This document shows, piece by piece, positions 1-11,700 of a stretch of DNA of 64,000 bases. Numbering within the stretch: position 1 is the first letter of the stretch; each line of letters starts with the position of its first letter. The notes beneath the pieces are model-generated. The model did not search any database. It saw only the letters and a program-made list of their open reading frames with translations, and was not told the origin of the DNA. A program made the position numbers and the translations under genes. The stretch is from NCBI GenBank assembly GCA_964593285.1, contig CAZQHZ010000003.1:1-64000 (forward strand). Reading direction: 5' to 3'. Origin of the DNA: an uncultured Methanosarcinales archaeon (GTDB taxonomy: Archaea > Nanobdellota > Nanobdellia > Woesearchaeales > DSVV01).

Positions 1-277
1 TATTTTAATTAATTGATAAGAAATTAAACCTAAAATAAATGGGTATAATATAAATAAAAAAAGAATTGAAAAAATGTTTAATTGTTTTAGTGTATTTAAA
101 AAACCTTTATTGCTTATGTTTTTTAAAAATTGATACCATGTTATAATATTTAATTTATTTGCTATTATGTTTAAAATAATTGCATTAATTAATATCACAT
201 ATCCTAAAAAAATAATTTTTAATAATTCCATAAATTTAGATTAATTTTATTTAATAAAAATTTTTTTTGAAAAAAAA

Positions 278-826
278 TTAAATTTTATTTATTATTCTAC
301 ATATTTCTATAGGGTTGTATTCTTCTTTTTGAAATTTTTTTTCTTCTCTAAATTGATATTTTATCTTTCCAATTAAATTAAATGGGATTCTACCTGAAAT
401 TATAGTTTTTCTAAATTTATCCTCTAAGTTTGCACTTTTATTAATATATGAACTTGCTATATCTATAAATTCACTTACTGTTTTCTCATTTGGTTTTATT
501 GTTTCATTTAGATAATTTATTGTTTGTTTTTCTAGTTCGTTGTATTTTTTTATATCTTTTTTTATTTCATTTGGTAATTCCTTGTTTTCTAATGCAACAT
601 AATCTTTTTTTAAACCGTATGGATTAATTATTGGTTTTGATGTTGCAATTTGTGTTCTTATTAATCCTTTATTCATTTCACTCATATTATTTGTTATTAT
701 TTCTTCTTCTTTTAGATATTTTGTAATTATTTCATTATACTTACTTTCTTCTAAATAATTTTCTTTTAAATCATTAACAATTTTTGCTTTAATATTTCTT
801 AATTTATCTTCTAGTTTTTCTTCCAT
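278..826 (-). CDS. Hypothetical protein, tandem paralog 4 of 4
   Basis: 182 aa. Shares LEDKLxNxK, KPIxxxYGLKKDY.xLENxEL, KYxFKEEK and terminal INKI with its neighbours. Confidence 0.8.
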   Translation of the reverse strand: MEEKLEDKLRNIKAKIVNDLKENYLEESKYNEIITKYLKEEEIITNNMSEMNKGLIRTQIATSKPIINPYGLKKDYVALENKELPNEIKKDIKKYNELEKQTINYLNETIKPNEKTVSEFIDIASSYINKSANLEDKFRKTIISGRIPFNLIGKIKYQFREEKKFQKEEYNPIEICRIINKI

Positions 827-854
827 TTTTTATACCTTTTTTTATTTTTTTAAT

Positions 855-1454
855 TTAAATCTTATTTATTGCATCGTATATTTGTTCAAATGAAAATTCG
901 TTATCTAATTTTTCTTCTTTTTTTGAATTATATATTTCTTTAAAAGAAAATTGTTTGCTTTCTTTTTCTTCTTTAAATTTATATTTTGAATTTAAAATTA
1001 TATTAATTGAAATTCTATTTGAAAGTGTAGTTTTTCTAAATTTATCTATATCATTTGTTTTTGTATCAATATATGATTTTACAAAATCCATAAATTTATC
1101 TGCTGTAAATTCATTTGATTTTATTGTTTCATCTACGTAATTCATTGTTTGTTTTTCTAATTCATTATATTTTTCTATATCTTCTTTTACTTCATTTGGT
1201 AATTTATTGTTTTCTAATGTAATATAGTCTTTTTTAAAACCATTTTTATTAATTATTGGTTTTGATTTTGCTATTTGTGTTGTAATTACTGCTAAATCAA
1301 AATAACTTATTTTATCGGTTTTTATTTGTTCATCTTCTAAGTATTTATTGATTATTTTATCATAATTTTCTTCTTCTAAATAATCTTTTTTTAAATCCTT
1401 GATTAATTTAGTTTTTACATTTTTTAATTTTTTTTCTAAATTTTCGTTTTTCAT
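855..1454 (-). CDS. Hypothetical protein, tandem paralog 3 of 4
   Basis: 199 aa. Closest to 278..826 (TQIAxSKPIIN, KYNELEKQT, DKFRKT). Confidence 0.8.
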   Translation of the reverse strand: MKNENLEKKLKNVKTKLIKDLKKDYLEEENYDKIINKYLEDEQIKTDKISYFDLAVITTQIAKSKPIINKNGFKKDYITLENNKLPNEVKEDIEKYNELEKQTMNYVDETIKSNEFTADKFMDFVKSYIDTKTNDIDKFRKTTLSNRISINIILNSKYKFKEEKESKQFSFKEIYNSKKEEKLDNEFSFEQIYDAINKI

Positions 1455-1456
1455 TT

Positions 1457-2020
1457 TTATAGTCTTTTAATTATGTTATATAATTTTTCTTTATATTGGC
1501 TTACTTTATCTTCTGTTTTAAATTTTGCATCATGTGGTATAATACAATTGTAAATACTTAAACAAATTAGATATTTTCTTTCATCTTTAATATCTTTTAA
1601 AATTGGCTCTGATTTCATATGAGTTAAATAATTATTTACAAATTCTTCCTTAGTATATTTTTTTGTATTTTTATTTTTTAAGTATTGTAATGCAATATTT
1701 TCAACATTTTTAAAATTTTTAATATCTTCTTTTATTTCTTTTGATTTGATTTCATTATTTTCAAGACATATATAATTATCTTTTAATCCATATTCTATTT
1801 TTATTGGCCTAATTACTCTAAACATTGATCCAATAAAAGTTGATTTTTCTAAATCACTACAAGTATTATTGTTTTCCTCGTTATCAATAAAAATTTCTTC
1901 ATTTTTAGTTAAGTTGTACATTTCACAAAAATATTCTTTTTCGTTTAATTCATTATTTTCTAATATGCTAACTATATTTTTTTTAACATTTCTTAATTTA
2001 TCTTCTAGTGTTCTTTCCAT
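1457..2020 (-). CDS. Hypothetical protein, tandem paralog 2 of 4
   Basis: Start moved to ATG at 2020 (MERTLEDKLRNVK), which follows a GAGAGG SD-like motif. Same family motifs. Confidence 0.75.
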   Translation of the reverse strand: MERTLEDKLRNVKKNIVSILENNELNEKEYFCEMYNLTKNEEIFIDNEENNNTCSDLEKSTFIGSMFRVIRPIKIEYGLKDNYICLENNEIKSKEIKEDIKNFKNVENIALQYLKNKNTKKYTKEEFVNNYLTHMKSEPILKDIKDERKYLICLSIYNCIIPHDAKFKTEDKVSQYKEKLYNIIKRL

Positions 2021-2067
2021 TTTTTTATAACCTCTCAATTATATTATATAATAAATCTTTATTTGAT

Positions 2068-2604
2068 TTAAATTTTATTTAGTATTTTATTTATTTCATT
2101 TTGTTTATGTGTTTCTTTTTCTTTTTTAAATTTATAATCTGAATCTATTAATTTTGCAATTCCATAGCAATTTATTAATTGTTTTATTACAGTTAATTTT
2201 TTCATTTCAGGTTTATTTATTAAATAATCCCTAAGTAATTGATTATATTCATGTTTTGTAATTTTTGTTGTATCAATATTAGTAGTATATTCTTTTGCAA
2301 GATTAATTAGTTTTTCAAAATTTTCAATGTCTTTTTTGTATTTATCGTTTTTTAGTTCATTATTTTTAATAGTTACATATATATCATTTTTTAATCCAAA
2401 TTTAATATCTATTGGATCTTTAAATAGTAAATCTTTAGAAGTATCATTTGCTGTTTTATAATCTTTTTCATCTATTATGTTGTTTTTTTTTAATAAGTTA
2501 TAGCAGTAACTTTCATATTCATTAATAGTTAATTCTGTTTTATTAAGTGTTTCAATAAGTTCTTTTTTAAAATATTTTAATTTTTCTTCAAGAGTTTTTG
2601 TCAT
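2068..2604 (-). CDS. Hypothetical protein, tandem paralog 1 of 4
   Basis: 178 aa. MTKTLEEKLK, PIDIKFGLKND, YKFKKEK, ILNKI. Confidence 0.75.
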   Translation of the reverse strand: MTKTLEEKLKYFKKELIETLNKTELTINEYESYCYNLLKKNNIIDEKDYKTANDTSKDLLFKDPIDIKFGLKNDIYVTIKNNELKNDKYKKDIENFEKLINLAKEYTTNIDTTKITKHEYNQLLRDYLINKPEMKKLTVIKQLINCYGIAKLIDSDYKFKKEKETHKQNEINKILNKI

Positions 2605-2669
2605 TTTAGATAGTATTTTTAAGTGGTAAAATTGTTAATTATTTAAACTTTTTTATCGAAAGTGAAAAA

Positions 2670-2758
2670 CGAAACATTTATATATAAGTTTACATAAAAG
2701 TATACTAAATTACATAATTACGCTAAAGATGTAAATAAAACGCGTGAAAATGAGGTGA
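2670..2758 (+). promoter_or_regulatory. BRE/TATA promoter and Shine-Dalgarno of the 214-aa secreted protein
   Basis: CGAAACATTTATATATAAG at 2670-2688; GAGGTGA at 2752-2758. Confidence 0.65.
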
Positions 2759-2767
2759 ATTGAAAAA

Positions 2768-3412
2768 ATGAAAAAAATGTTAGTATTGGTGCTTGTAATG
2801 GCATTATTTTGCGCAAGCTTTGTAATGGCAGATGCAAGAGAAGCTGAAACAACTGTTGGTACAAGTGGAACACTTGATGAAACAGATACTGCAGGAGATG
2901 CAGAAGCAGAAGGTGGAAATGTTACAAATGTGGATCTTGATGGAACCTACAGTACACAAAGATGGCAAGGTTTCTATGGTGATGTTAGTGCAACATTACA
3001 ATTAGGTCTTGCAACAGATGTATTTTATGACTTTGGAACTGTTGGTGTTGAGGCAGTTTATGCAACACAAAATCAAGCTTTTAATTTTGCAGGTGCTACA
3101 AATGTTGACGATGTTACTGGATTAGATACTGCATGGGGATATACTGATGGAGATGATCAAATTGTAGATGTATATACTGAAACAATTTCAAACGATGGAT
3201 ATACAGATGCATTAGGTGTTAATCCAAGAACTAGTGATTTTAATTCATATGCAATTGGTACTGCTGCAAATCCAGCTTCAAAAGACGATGTTGCTTTTGG
3301 TGCAACTGTAGAGAATGCAGGAGCTACTGGTTTTGATGGTGGTACATATAATTATGAATTAATGCTTCCAGCAGATGGTATAGAAACATATTACTTTTAT
3401 ATGAGTATATAA
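2768..3412 (+). CDS. Secreted acidic beta-rich protein, candidate major filament subunit
   Basis: Sec signal peptide (…FVMA-DA), no TM, Gly/Thr/Asp rich, strong promoter and SD. Motifs AEGGNVT, WQGFYG, YELMLP, YYFY. Confidence 0.8.
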   Translation: MKKMLVLVLVMALFCASFVMADAREAETTVGTSGTLDETDTAGDAEAEGGNVTNVDLDGTYSTQRWQGFYGDVSATLQLGLATDVFYDFGTVGVEAVYATQNQAFNFAGATNVDDVTGLDTAWGYTDGDDQIVDVYTETISNDGYTDALGVNPRTSDFNSYAIGTAANPASKDDVAFGATVENAGATGFDGGTYNYELMLPADGIETYYFYMSI

Positions 3413-3419
3413 GTAATAT

Positions 3420-3445
3420 ATTTTTTTCTTTTTTTTTCTTTTTCT
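3420..3445 (+). terminator. Oligo-T archaeal terminator
   Basis: Long T tracts immediately after the stop at 3412. Confidence 0.45.
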
Positions 3446-3648
3446 TAAATAATTCTTAAATATCTACTAAGTTTATCGTCATTTATTATGTTGCTTTTTA
3501 TCTTAAGACTTAAGTTACTGCAAGTTTTTTTTGAAAAATAAATTGATTTTTTTAGTTTAATTTTTTTTAAATTATTTTTAGTTATAAAAAATTAAATTAG
3601 AAATATTTAAATATCAATAAATATTTAATCTTTTTAATTAATAAATGG

Positions 3649-5361
3649 GTGTGTTATTTGAGATATAAATTAATTTTATTATTGTTTTTAATTATTTTAT
3701 CTAGTTATGTATTTGCATTACCTGATCAAATTATTGTTAATTCTAGAAACTGGGAGGATGTATATTCTGTAATGATTTATTCAAATCTTTTAGAAGTTAC
3801 AGCAAATTATCCTATTGAAGAAACACAAGCAACATTATTAATTCAAACTTTAAATAAAGACAAAGAAAATGTTTTATTGTTTGAATCAAATTCTATGCCG
3901 TATGTTAGAAATTTTAATGTACAATTAAATTCAGCAGGTTTTAACACAGATGTTTTTTCTTATCAAGATAATATGAATTTAGAAATATTATTAAATTCAG
4001 AAATTGATATTGAAAATTTTATTGTAATTGATTCAAGATATAGTTATAATTCAGTTTCAATTGCTCCTTATGCTATACTTACCAATTCTTATGTTATTTT
4101 TGCAAATAGTAATAATATTGATTTAATTGAAGATTATTTTTTAGAAAATACTCCTGATAATATTCTTATTTATGGTTATGTTGATAGAGATGTTACAAAT
4201 GCTTTAAATCAATTTAGTCCTGAAATTATAAATAAAGGAAGCAAATATGAAAATAATTTAGAGATTGTAAAAAAATTTAAAGAAATAAACAAGCCAACTC
4301 AATATATTTTAACAAATGGTCTATTTATAGAACCTGGATTTTTTTCAAAACAAAGTCCAGTTATTTTAATTGGAAGAAATAATATTCCAGATATTGTTTT
4401 TAATTATTTAAAACAAAGCGATATAAAAAATGCAATTTTAATTGGAAACGATTTAAATGATTTAGCAGTATCACTTCGAGATAATGCTGATATGAAAATT
4501 TTTATAAAATTTGCAAAAGGAATAAATCAAGTTCAATATACACTAGATATTATAGAACTTCCAAAATTAGATTATGACTTGACAATTAGTGATGTTATGT
4601 ATAATTTAGTTAATTCTAAATTGTATGTAACTATTGAAAATTTAGGTAATGCTCCAACTATGTTTAGAGCATCCTTTACAATTGAAAATGATGAAGAAAC
4701 TATCGATAATGTTGGTGATGATGAAATTAGTTTTATCTCTCCAGGTAATAGTATAACAAGAGTTTATGATATTGATTTAGAAGAATTTTCAAATGAAGAT
4801 TTAATTGTAAAATCAAATATTTTATATGGTGAAGATTCAAGGTCGTTAGATTCTGCATTGTTACTTGATAAGGTAGTAGATTTTATTAGATTTACTGATA
4901 ATTCAAATATTAGAGTTATTGAATTTTATTTTGATAAATCAATTAATCGTTTTTTTGTTATTGTTGAAAATATAGGTAATGAAACTGTTTTTGTTAATAC
5001 ATATCTTGAAGATTTTATCTTTAATAATAGACCTGAAAATTTGTATAGTAAAGAAATTGTTAGAATTGAACCTAAACAAAAAGAAAAGATCAATATTAGA
5101 GCAAGACTTAGTAATGAAGATATTTTAGATAATAATTTTGTAAATATTAATTTGTGGTATGGTTCACAGAGAAATTTATTATTTAATTTTGAAAATACAG
5201 AATTGGAATTAAAAGTTAAATCTAATTTAATTTATTATGTAATTGTTGGTGTTATTGTTTGTTTATTATTGGTGTTTTTTGTTTTACGAAAAAGAAATTC
5301 AAATAAAGAAAATTTGAATAAATTTATGCCACCACCACCACCAACATATAGAAACTTTTAA
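3649..5361 (+). CDS. Membrane-anchored surface protein (cell-wall-binding-repeat-2-like alpha/beta region plus CARDB/Ig-like domains)
   Basis: Signal peptide; repeated alpha/beta units (SIAPYA…VIF, PVILIG); xENxGN Ig motifs; C-terminal TM, RKR and a PPPPP tail. Confidence 0.65.
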   Translation: MCYLRYKLILLLFLIILSSYVFALPDQIIVNSRNWEDVYSVMIYSNLLEVTANYPIEETQATLLIQTLNKDKENVLLFESNSMPYVRNFNVQLNSAGFNTDVFSYQDNMNLEILLNSEIDIENFIVIDSRYSYNSVSIAPYAILTNSYVIFANSNNIDLIEDYFLENTPDNILIYGYVDRDVTNALNQFSPEIINKGSKYENNLEIVKKFKEINKPTQYILTNGLFIEPGFFSKQSPVILIGRNNIPDIVFNYLKQSDIKNAILIGNDLNDLAVSLRDNADMKIFIKFAKGINQVQYTLDIIELPKLDYDLTISDVMYNLVNSKLYVTIENLGNAPTMFRASFTIENDEETIDNVGDDEISFISPGNSITRVYDIDLEEFSNEDLIVKSNILYGEDSRSLDSALLLDKVVDFIRFTDNSNIRVIEFYFDKSINRFFVIVENIGNETVFVNTYLEDFIFNNRPENLYSKEIVRIEPKQKEKINIRARLSNEDILDNNFVNINLWYGSQRNLLFNFENTELELKVKSNLIYYVIVGVIVCLLLVFFVLRKRNSNKENLNKFMPPPPPTYRNF

Positions 5362-5729
5362 TTTTCTTTTTAGTATTTTATTGTTATTAAAATTTTTATG
5401 TAAGTTATTATTATTATTATTGATTAAATCTAAAAAAATTAATGTAAAAAAAAATTTTCGATAATTATTATTAGTTTTTATTGTTTTTTATTTGTATTTT
5501 AGTTTTAATTTATTTTAAGATATATAATTCTGAGAATACACTTATTAGCATGGTAGAAAATAGAGAAAAATGTTAAAAATTATTTTCATATGATTTAAAT
5601 TTTTTAAATCTTTATGTTAGTTTACAAAATGGGCAAGCTACATGTAGTTGTAAATATGTAAATTGTATTATTAAAAAAAAATATTAGAATAATTTGTTTT
5701 AATTTTTTATTGATTATTTTTTGTTTTTA

Positions 5730-8700
5730 TTAATAAATTTCTTTATAAAATACAATGTTATTATTACTTTTAGAATAATTTCCAAGAGTATATGGAATTT
5801 TTATTTCATAGCCATATATACCATATTTACCTTGTTTTTCTTCATTGTATTTTGTAATAAATACAATATTTTGTTTTTCATTAATATCAAATTCTTCACT
5901 TATTGTATTGTATGAATCCCATAATATTCCAGTTATAAAGTTTGAATTATTTGTGCTATTAATTATTGGAACATTTTCAACAACTCTACCATAAATATTA
6001 AAAGTGTCAGTTTGTTTTGGAGTTGAATTGTCTGTTGCAAATAAATTTTTAATACTATCACTTCTGTTAGTTAAATTTAATAAAACATCTAATTTATAAA
6101 AGTCATTTGATGCAGGATTATTATGTATGTTTCTTCCAATTGGAATTAAGTGGTCATAATTTATATTTGAATCAATATCTATAGCATATATATTTTTTAT
6201 TGTTGGTTTGTTGTATTCGTAAAATATATTGTTATCAAATCCAAGCATTAAATTTGCAGTGGCATTTCCATAAAATATGTTGTATGGGTATTTATCAATA
6301 TTAAATGTTATTGCTTCTGTATTATTTATATTATTGAATGTATCATTTGCAAAAAATTCAATTGAATATTCTCCAACATAATTTGTATTTGTAAATGTAT
6401 TTGTATAAATTGTGCTAAATATATTTTCTTTTTGTAATTGTATTATCTCATAGTTATTATCCCATGAAACATTTGCATAAACAGTAATTACATCTGTTTG
6501 ATCTGTAACATTTGCTTTAATTTCAATTGTATCATTTATTGTATAAATAATATTTAATGGAGATAATATTTCAAGCTTTGGTGGATTTTTTTCTCTTGGT
6601 TTTAATACTAAAAATTCTAGGTCATCATTATCATCATATTCACCAGTACCACATGTAGATTCAGTGCTTCCTTGATATTGAATGCTTCCTCTAAATGCAT
6701 GAATTCCTGTTTTGTTATCAAGAACAAATGTTCTTGTTATTGTGTTAAAACCTACTGCTGGACATGGGTTTATAAAATCCATAACTTTCCAATTTAAATT
6801 TTCTGAATCATTACCATAGATAAAATTAACATTATCACTTGTTCCATCATAGCAATATGCAGTAATATTTACTTCAATTGTATCAAGTGCTCTAAATTCA
6901 CTGCCATTTAAACTTTTAACTGAAATATGATCAATAGATTCATCACTCATATATGTTCCTGAAGTTCCATCAGTACAATCATCAATAGTGTTTGGCTGAT
7001 TTGGTTCTTGTGTGCCTCCAATATTATCTCTAGATATAATTAATGATTCATCTGCAATACATGGGGAATTTTCACAATATATTGCACCTTGCGATACAAA
7101 ATTTAACATAACCCATGTGTCTTCTGTATTATTTATGTTTCCTGATGTATCGGTTGCAATTATTTGAATTGAATAATTTCCAATTTGCCTAGTATCTGTA
7201 AATTCATTGCTATATATATCGGTATCTAAATGATTTAATTGTATTTCACTAATATCTAAATTTGGATGAATTATTTTTGCAGTAACATTTTGAATTTTTG
7301 TATCATCTGTTGCATTAATAGTAATGTTAATTCTATCTGATGTGTTAAATTCAGTTCCTTTTAGTGGAGTGATTATTTTTACACTTGGATTAATATATTC
7401 TCTTGCAAAAAATGTTGTTTCATCTTCTCTTGAAATTGAATTTGTGTTATTAGCCCACCAGTTCACTAGATAATTTCCAACTAGACTTGTATTATTAAGT
7501 TCAAAATAATATAATGTTTCATTTGTTATGTTTTGTATTGGATTAATATTTTTTATTGTGCCATTTGGCATTGTTACATTAACTAATACATTACTTATAT
7601 TTACATTTTCATCATTAACATATCCATGGCAAGTAGTTGTATCATTTAATTCAATAATTGATGGAATACAGCCACGTTGCTTTACAATTAAAGTTCCTGT
7701 ATCATTAACCATAAACCAAATTTCTTCTGTGTTATTTATATTATCAAATTCATCTGTTGCATATATCTTTAAACTATAGTTTCCAATAAACTTAGTATTT
7801 GTAAATTCTCCAATAAAAATATCATCTAAGTTATAATCATATAAATCAACTCTCCATTCTTTTGTTCCTTTTTTAATTGTTGCATAAACTTCTGTTATAT
7901 CGCTTTTATCAGTTACATTTACTTGTATTGGAATAATATCATTGTAAAAATAGGTTTTTTTGTTTTCAGGTATTATTACTTCAACTGTAGGTGGATTTTC
8001 TTCTCTTGGTTTTAGTACTAAAAATTCTAAATCATCATTATCATCATATGAACCACTGCCACATGTAGTTGTAGTTGTTCCTTGGTATTGTATGCTTCCT
8101 CTAAATGCATGAATTCCAGTTGTGTTATCAAGAATAAATGTTCTTGTTATTGTGTTAAAACCTACTGCTGGACATGGGTTTATAAAATCCATAACTTTCC
8201 AATTTAAATTTTCTGAATCATTACCATAGATAAAATTAACATTATCACTTGTTCCATCATAGCAATATGCAGTAATATTTACTTCAATTGTATCAAGTGC
8301 TCTAAATTCACTGCCATTTAAACTTTTAACTGAAATATGATCAATAGATTCATCACTCATATATGTTCCTGAAGTTCCATCAGTACAATCATCAATAGTG
8401 TTTGGCTGATTTGGTTCTTGTGTGCCTCCAATTGAGTCTCTTGAAATAATTAATGATTCATTTGCAATGCATGGAGAATTTTCACAATAAATTGCAGCTC
8501 CTGTATCATAACTTATATTAAACCAAGTAGTTTTTGTATCATTTAAATTATTTGATAAATCTCTTGCAAGGATTGTTATATTATTTCGCCCAAGATATAA
8601 TGGATTGTATGTTGCATTATATATTCCATCATCATTATTATCATATAATGTTATAAATTCTTCACCACCAGAATGCTCTATTTTTGCTCTAACAATCATT

Positions 8701-11700
8701 ATTTCATCATTGTCTGTAACATTTGCTATTATTTCAAATTTTTGATTTGCAAGATAATTTGCACCTTCTGTTGGGTCTAATATGAAAACACTAGGATTTA
8801 TTGTATCAATTATGTTAATTGTTCTATTTTCTGCATAATTTAGTTGACTATTATTATCATAACAATAAATATTCCAAATAAATTTATTTCGTTTTAAATT
8901 TGTTAGATTATATTCTAATTCTTCATATGAAAAATAATTATTATAATTAAAAATTGTTGTTTTATTTTCATGCCAAATCCCTGTATAATTATGCCACAGT
9001 GAGCAATTATTTAATCCATAATCATCTGTAACTGTAGCATTAAATGTAATATTTATTGATAAATTAACTTCAGTAATATAATTATCTTCAGGTGTTATTA
9101 GTGTAATTTTTGGTAATTTATCATCTATTAGTAATTTATTTGAAAATAATGTTTCACTTTTATCTTTATCTGAAAATGCTGTAACACTGCATTGTAATTC
9201 ATCATTTATTTTTGTTTCATTATTAGCTATAATGTTTTCTTTATTTTCATGTAATAGTTTAATTTGTTCATACGATAATGAATCGTTATAAATTCTAACA
9301 TTAGAAATTCTTCCTTGCCATGAATCACCATAATTTGCATCTAAGATTCCAATGTATATATCTGCAGGTGTTACTGGAATTTGTGTGTTTGTTGATGAGC
9401 TTACTCCTGCAGGTTCTCCATTTATATAAAATTTTTTTCTTTGAGAGCTTTCAACTGTTCCATCAAATACAATTGCAACATGATTCCATGTATTTGCATT
9501 AATTGATGTAGTGCTTGAATGTCTATCACTTCCAACATCAAAATATATATTTCTTCCAGTCCATAGAAATAATGAAAATGCTCTATTTGATGATGCAGAA
9601 TCTCTTTTTGAAATAATACCTCGTGGTTGTGTGTCAGATGCAGTGTCATATATCCATGCTTCAATAGTCATTTTATCTAATGCTTGTGAAAATGTTTCTG
9701 AATGATTTACTCTTATCCAATCATTTGTTCCATCAAGTACAATATTACCATTATTATTTAATCCATTACCATAATTCCAATGTGAATTTCCAAAATATTC
9801 TCCATTATTATTGTTTGTTGAATAATCAATTAATGCATTAGTAGAATTTCCTTCAAACGGCATATTTAATAAAGATATACTTTTATTATTTTTAAACCAA
9901 TTTATAGCACTTATAGTAGAACTACCTGCAATTTCATAACTACATGTTAGATTATCTGTTGTATGATTTAATTTAGAATCTGATTCTAATATTAAATTTC
10001 TAATTGCAATTTCTCCTTCATTTATTGTTAATGTATTTGTTTTATTTAATATATCATATTCTAAAATACTTCCATTACAAAGAATTGTGTAATTATATTC
10101 TCCTACTTCATCAAATGATCTATTATATTCATATAACTTAGTTGTTTCATTAAATTCCATTAATGAATCTTTATCTGTAAAATTAATATTACAATTAACA
10201 TTTGTTCCATTAATAAAACTACCATCAGTAATATTTGTATAGTTTGCATAAAAATTAATTGATTCATTTGCAAACATCATCTGTCCACCCTTTGTAATAT
10301 CTGTATCATCCCAAATTTCAAGTCGTGAATTTGGAATTATAAAATTTACAAATCTAGTTTCTGTTTTTTCAAAATAACTATCATTATTTTCAAAAGAAGC
10401 ATAATAACTATATTGTTTTTCTTTTAAATTTTCTATTTTTGAATAAAATTGCCAATTAGTATTATTTATTTTATTTAAATTAGAATAATAATTCATTAAA
10501 ATTTCATCATCGGTTAATACCTTATCATATATTCTTATTTCATCAATTACACCATTTAAGCCATCACCTGTTCTTGTTCCAAAATCATAGTTTGGAGAAA
10601 TACTACTAAATTGTGTTTGTGAATCACTGCCATTGTAAATATTTACTCCATTTTTATAAATTTTTGTATCACCACTATCAAATACAAAAGTCCAATAATT
10701 CCATTCATTTGTATTTAATACATCAATTGCAGTATGGCTATTTCCCCAATCCCCTCCTAAATGCCATCTAATTCTTAAATTACTAGCACCAGGAACATTA
10801 TAACTATCTCCAAATTGAATTAAAACATTTCCTTCAGCCCATAAAAAATATTGATCTTCTGATATAGTATTTTGTTTAACCCATGCACTAATTGTTGCTG
10901 AATTTTTAGAATTTAAATCTTGAAATGATGGAACTCTAAGTCTTGCACTTCCCCCATTAAATAAAAGAGCATTTTCATGTTTACCATTTGTATATGTTGC
11001 ATCTGTAATTGATGCAGAATATTTATTGTTTGATATATCAATTGCAGTATTTGATGATTCACCTAAATTTGCATTATTATTCAAATTAAGCATTAATTTT
11101 AATGAATTATTGTAAATTGAATATTTTGTTTCATCAAAATTCCAGTTAAATATAGATAAATTTTCTTCTCTTAAATTAACCATAAATTCTTCTCTATCAT
11201 CATATATTGTTTGATAATTGTTTGGTGTTGGTGGAATGAAATAAATGTTATTATCAAAATTGATAATTAAAGAATCAATTAATGATATTGGTTCATATTC
11301 TTTTTCTTGTCCATTACAACTAATATTATAATAAAAAGTATTGTTTGTTTGAAAACTTCTATTATGTTCGTATAGTAAATGTGTATTATTAAAAGTCATA
11401 TTTACAGGTATTGACCATACGCCAGTATCATTAAAACTAATTTCACAAAAAATATTAGTTCCATTAATTGATTCTTTTGTTAAATAATCTGTGTAGTTTG
11501 CAAATATTTTAACTTGCTCGTCTATATATTTAATTAAATTTCCACCTTCAATATCTGTTTCATCCCATATTGTTAATTTTGTATTTTCTTTTGTTGTATA
11601 GCTTGTAAAATGTGATACATTAAATTGTAATGATTTAGTTTCAGAATTGTATGATGTTATTTGACATTCTAAATTATCACAATGTAAATTATTTTTAAAG

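Noticed and set aside
5636..5650. Palindrome CTACATGTAG between convergent genes
   Set aside because: Only a 10-bp perfect core with no further support.
6592..8495. Diversity-generating retroelement TR/VR pair
   Set aside because: Both copies are in-frame parts of one ORF, mismatches are not adenine-specific, and no reverse transcriptase is present in the window.
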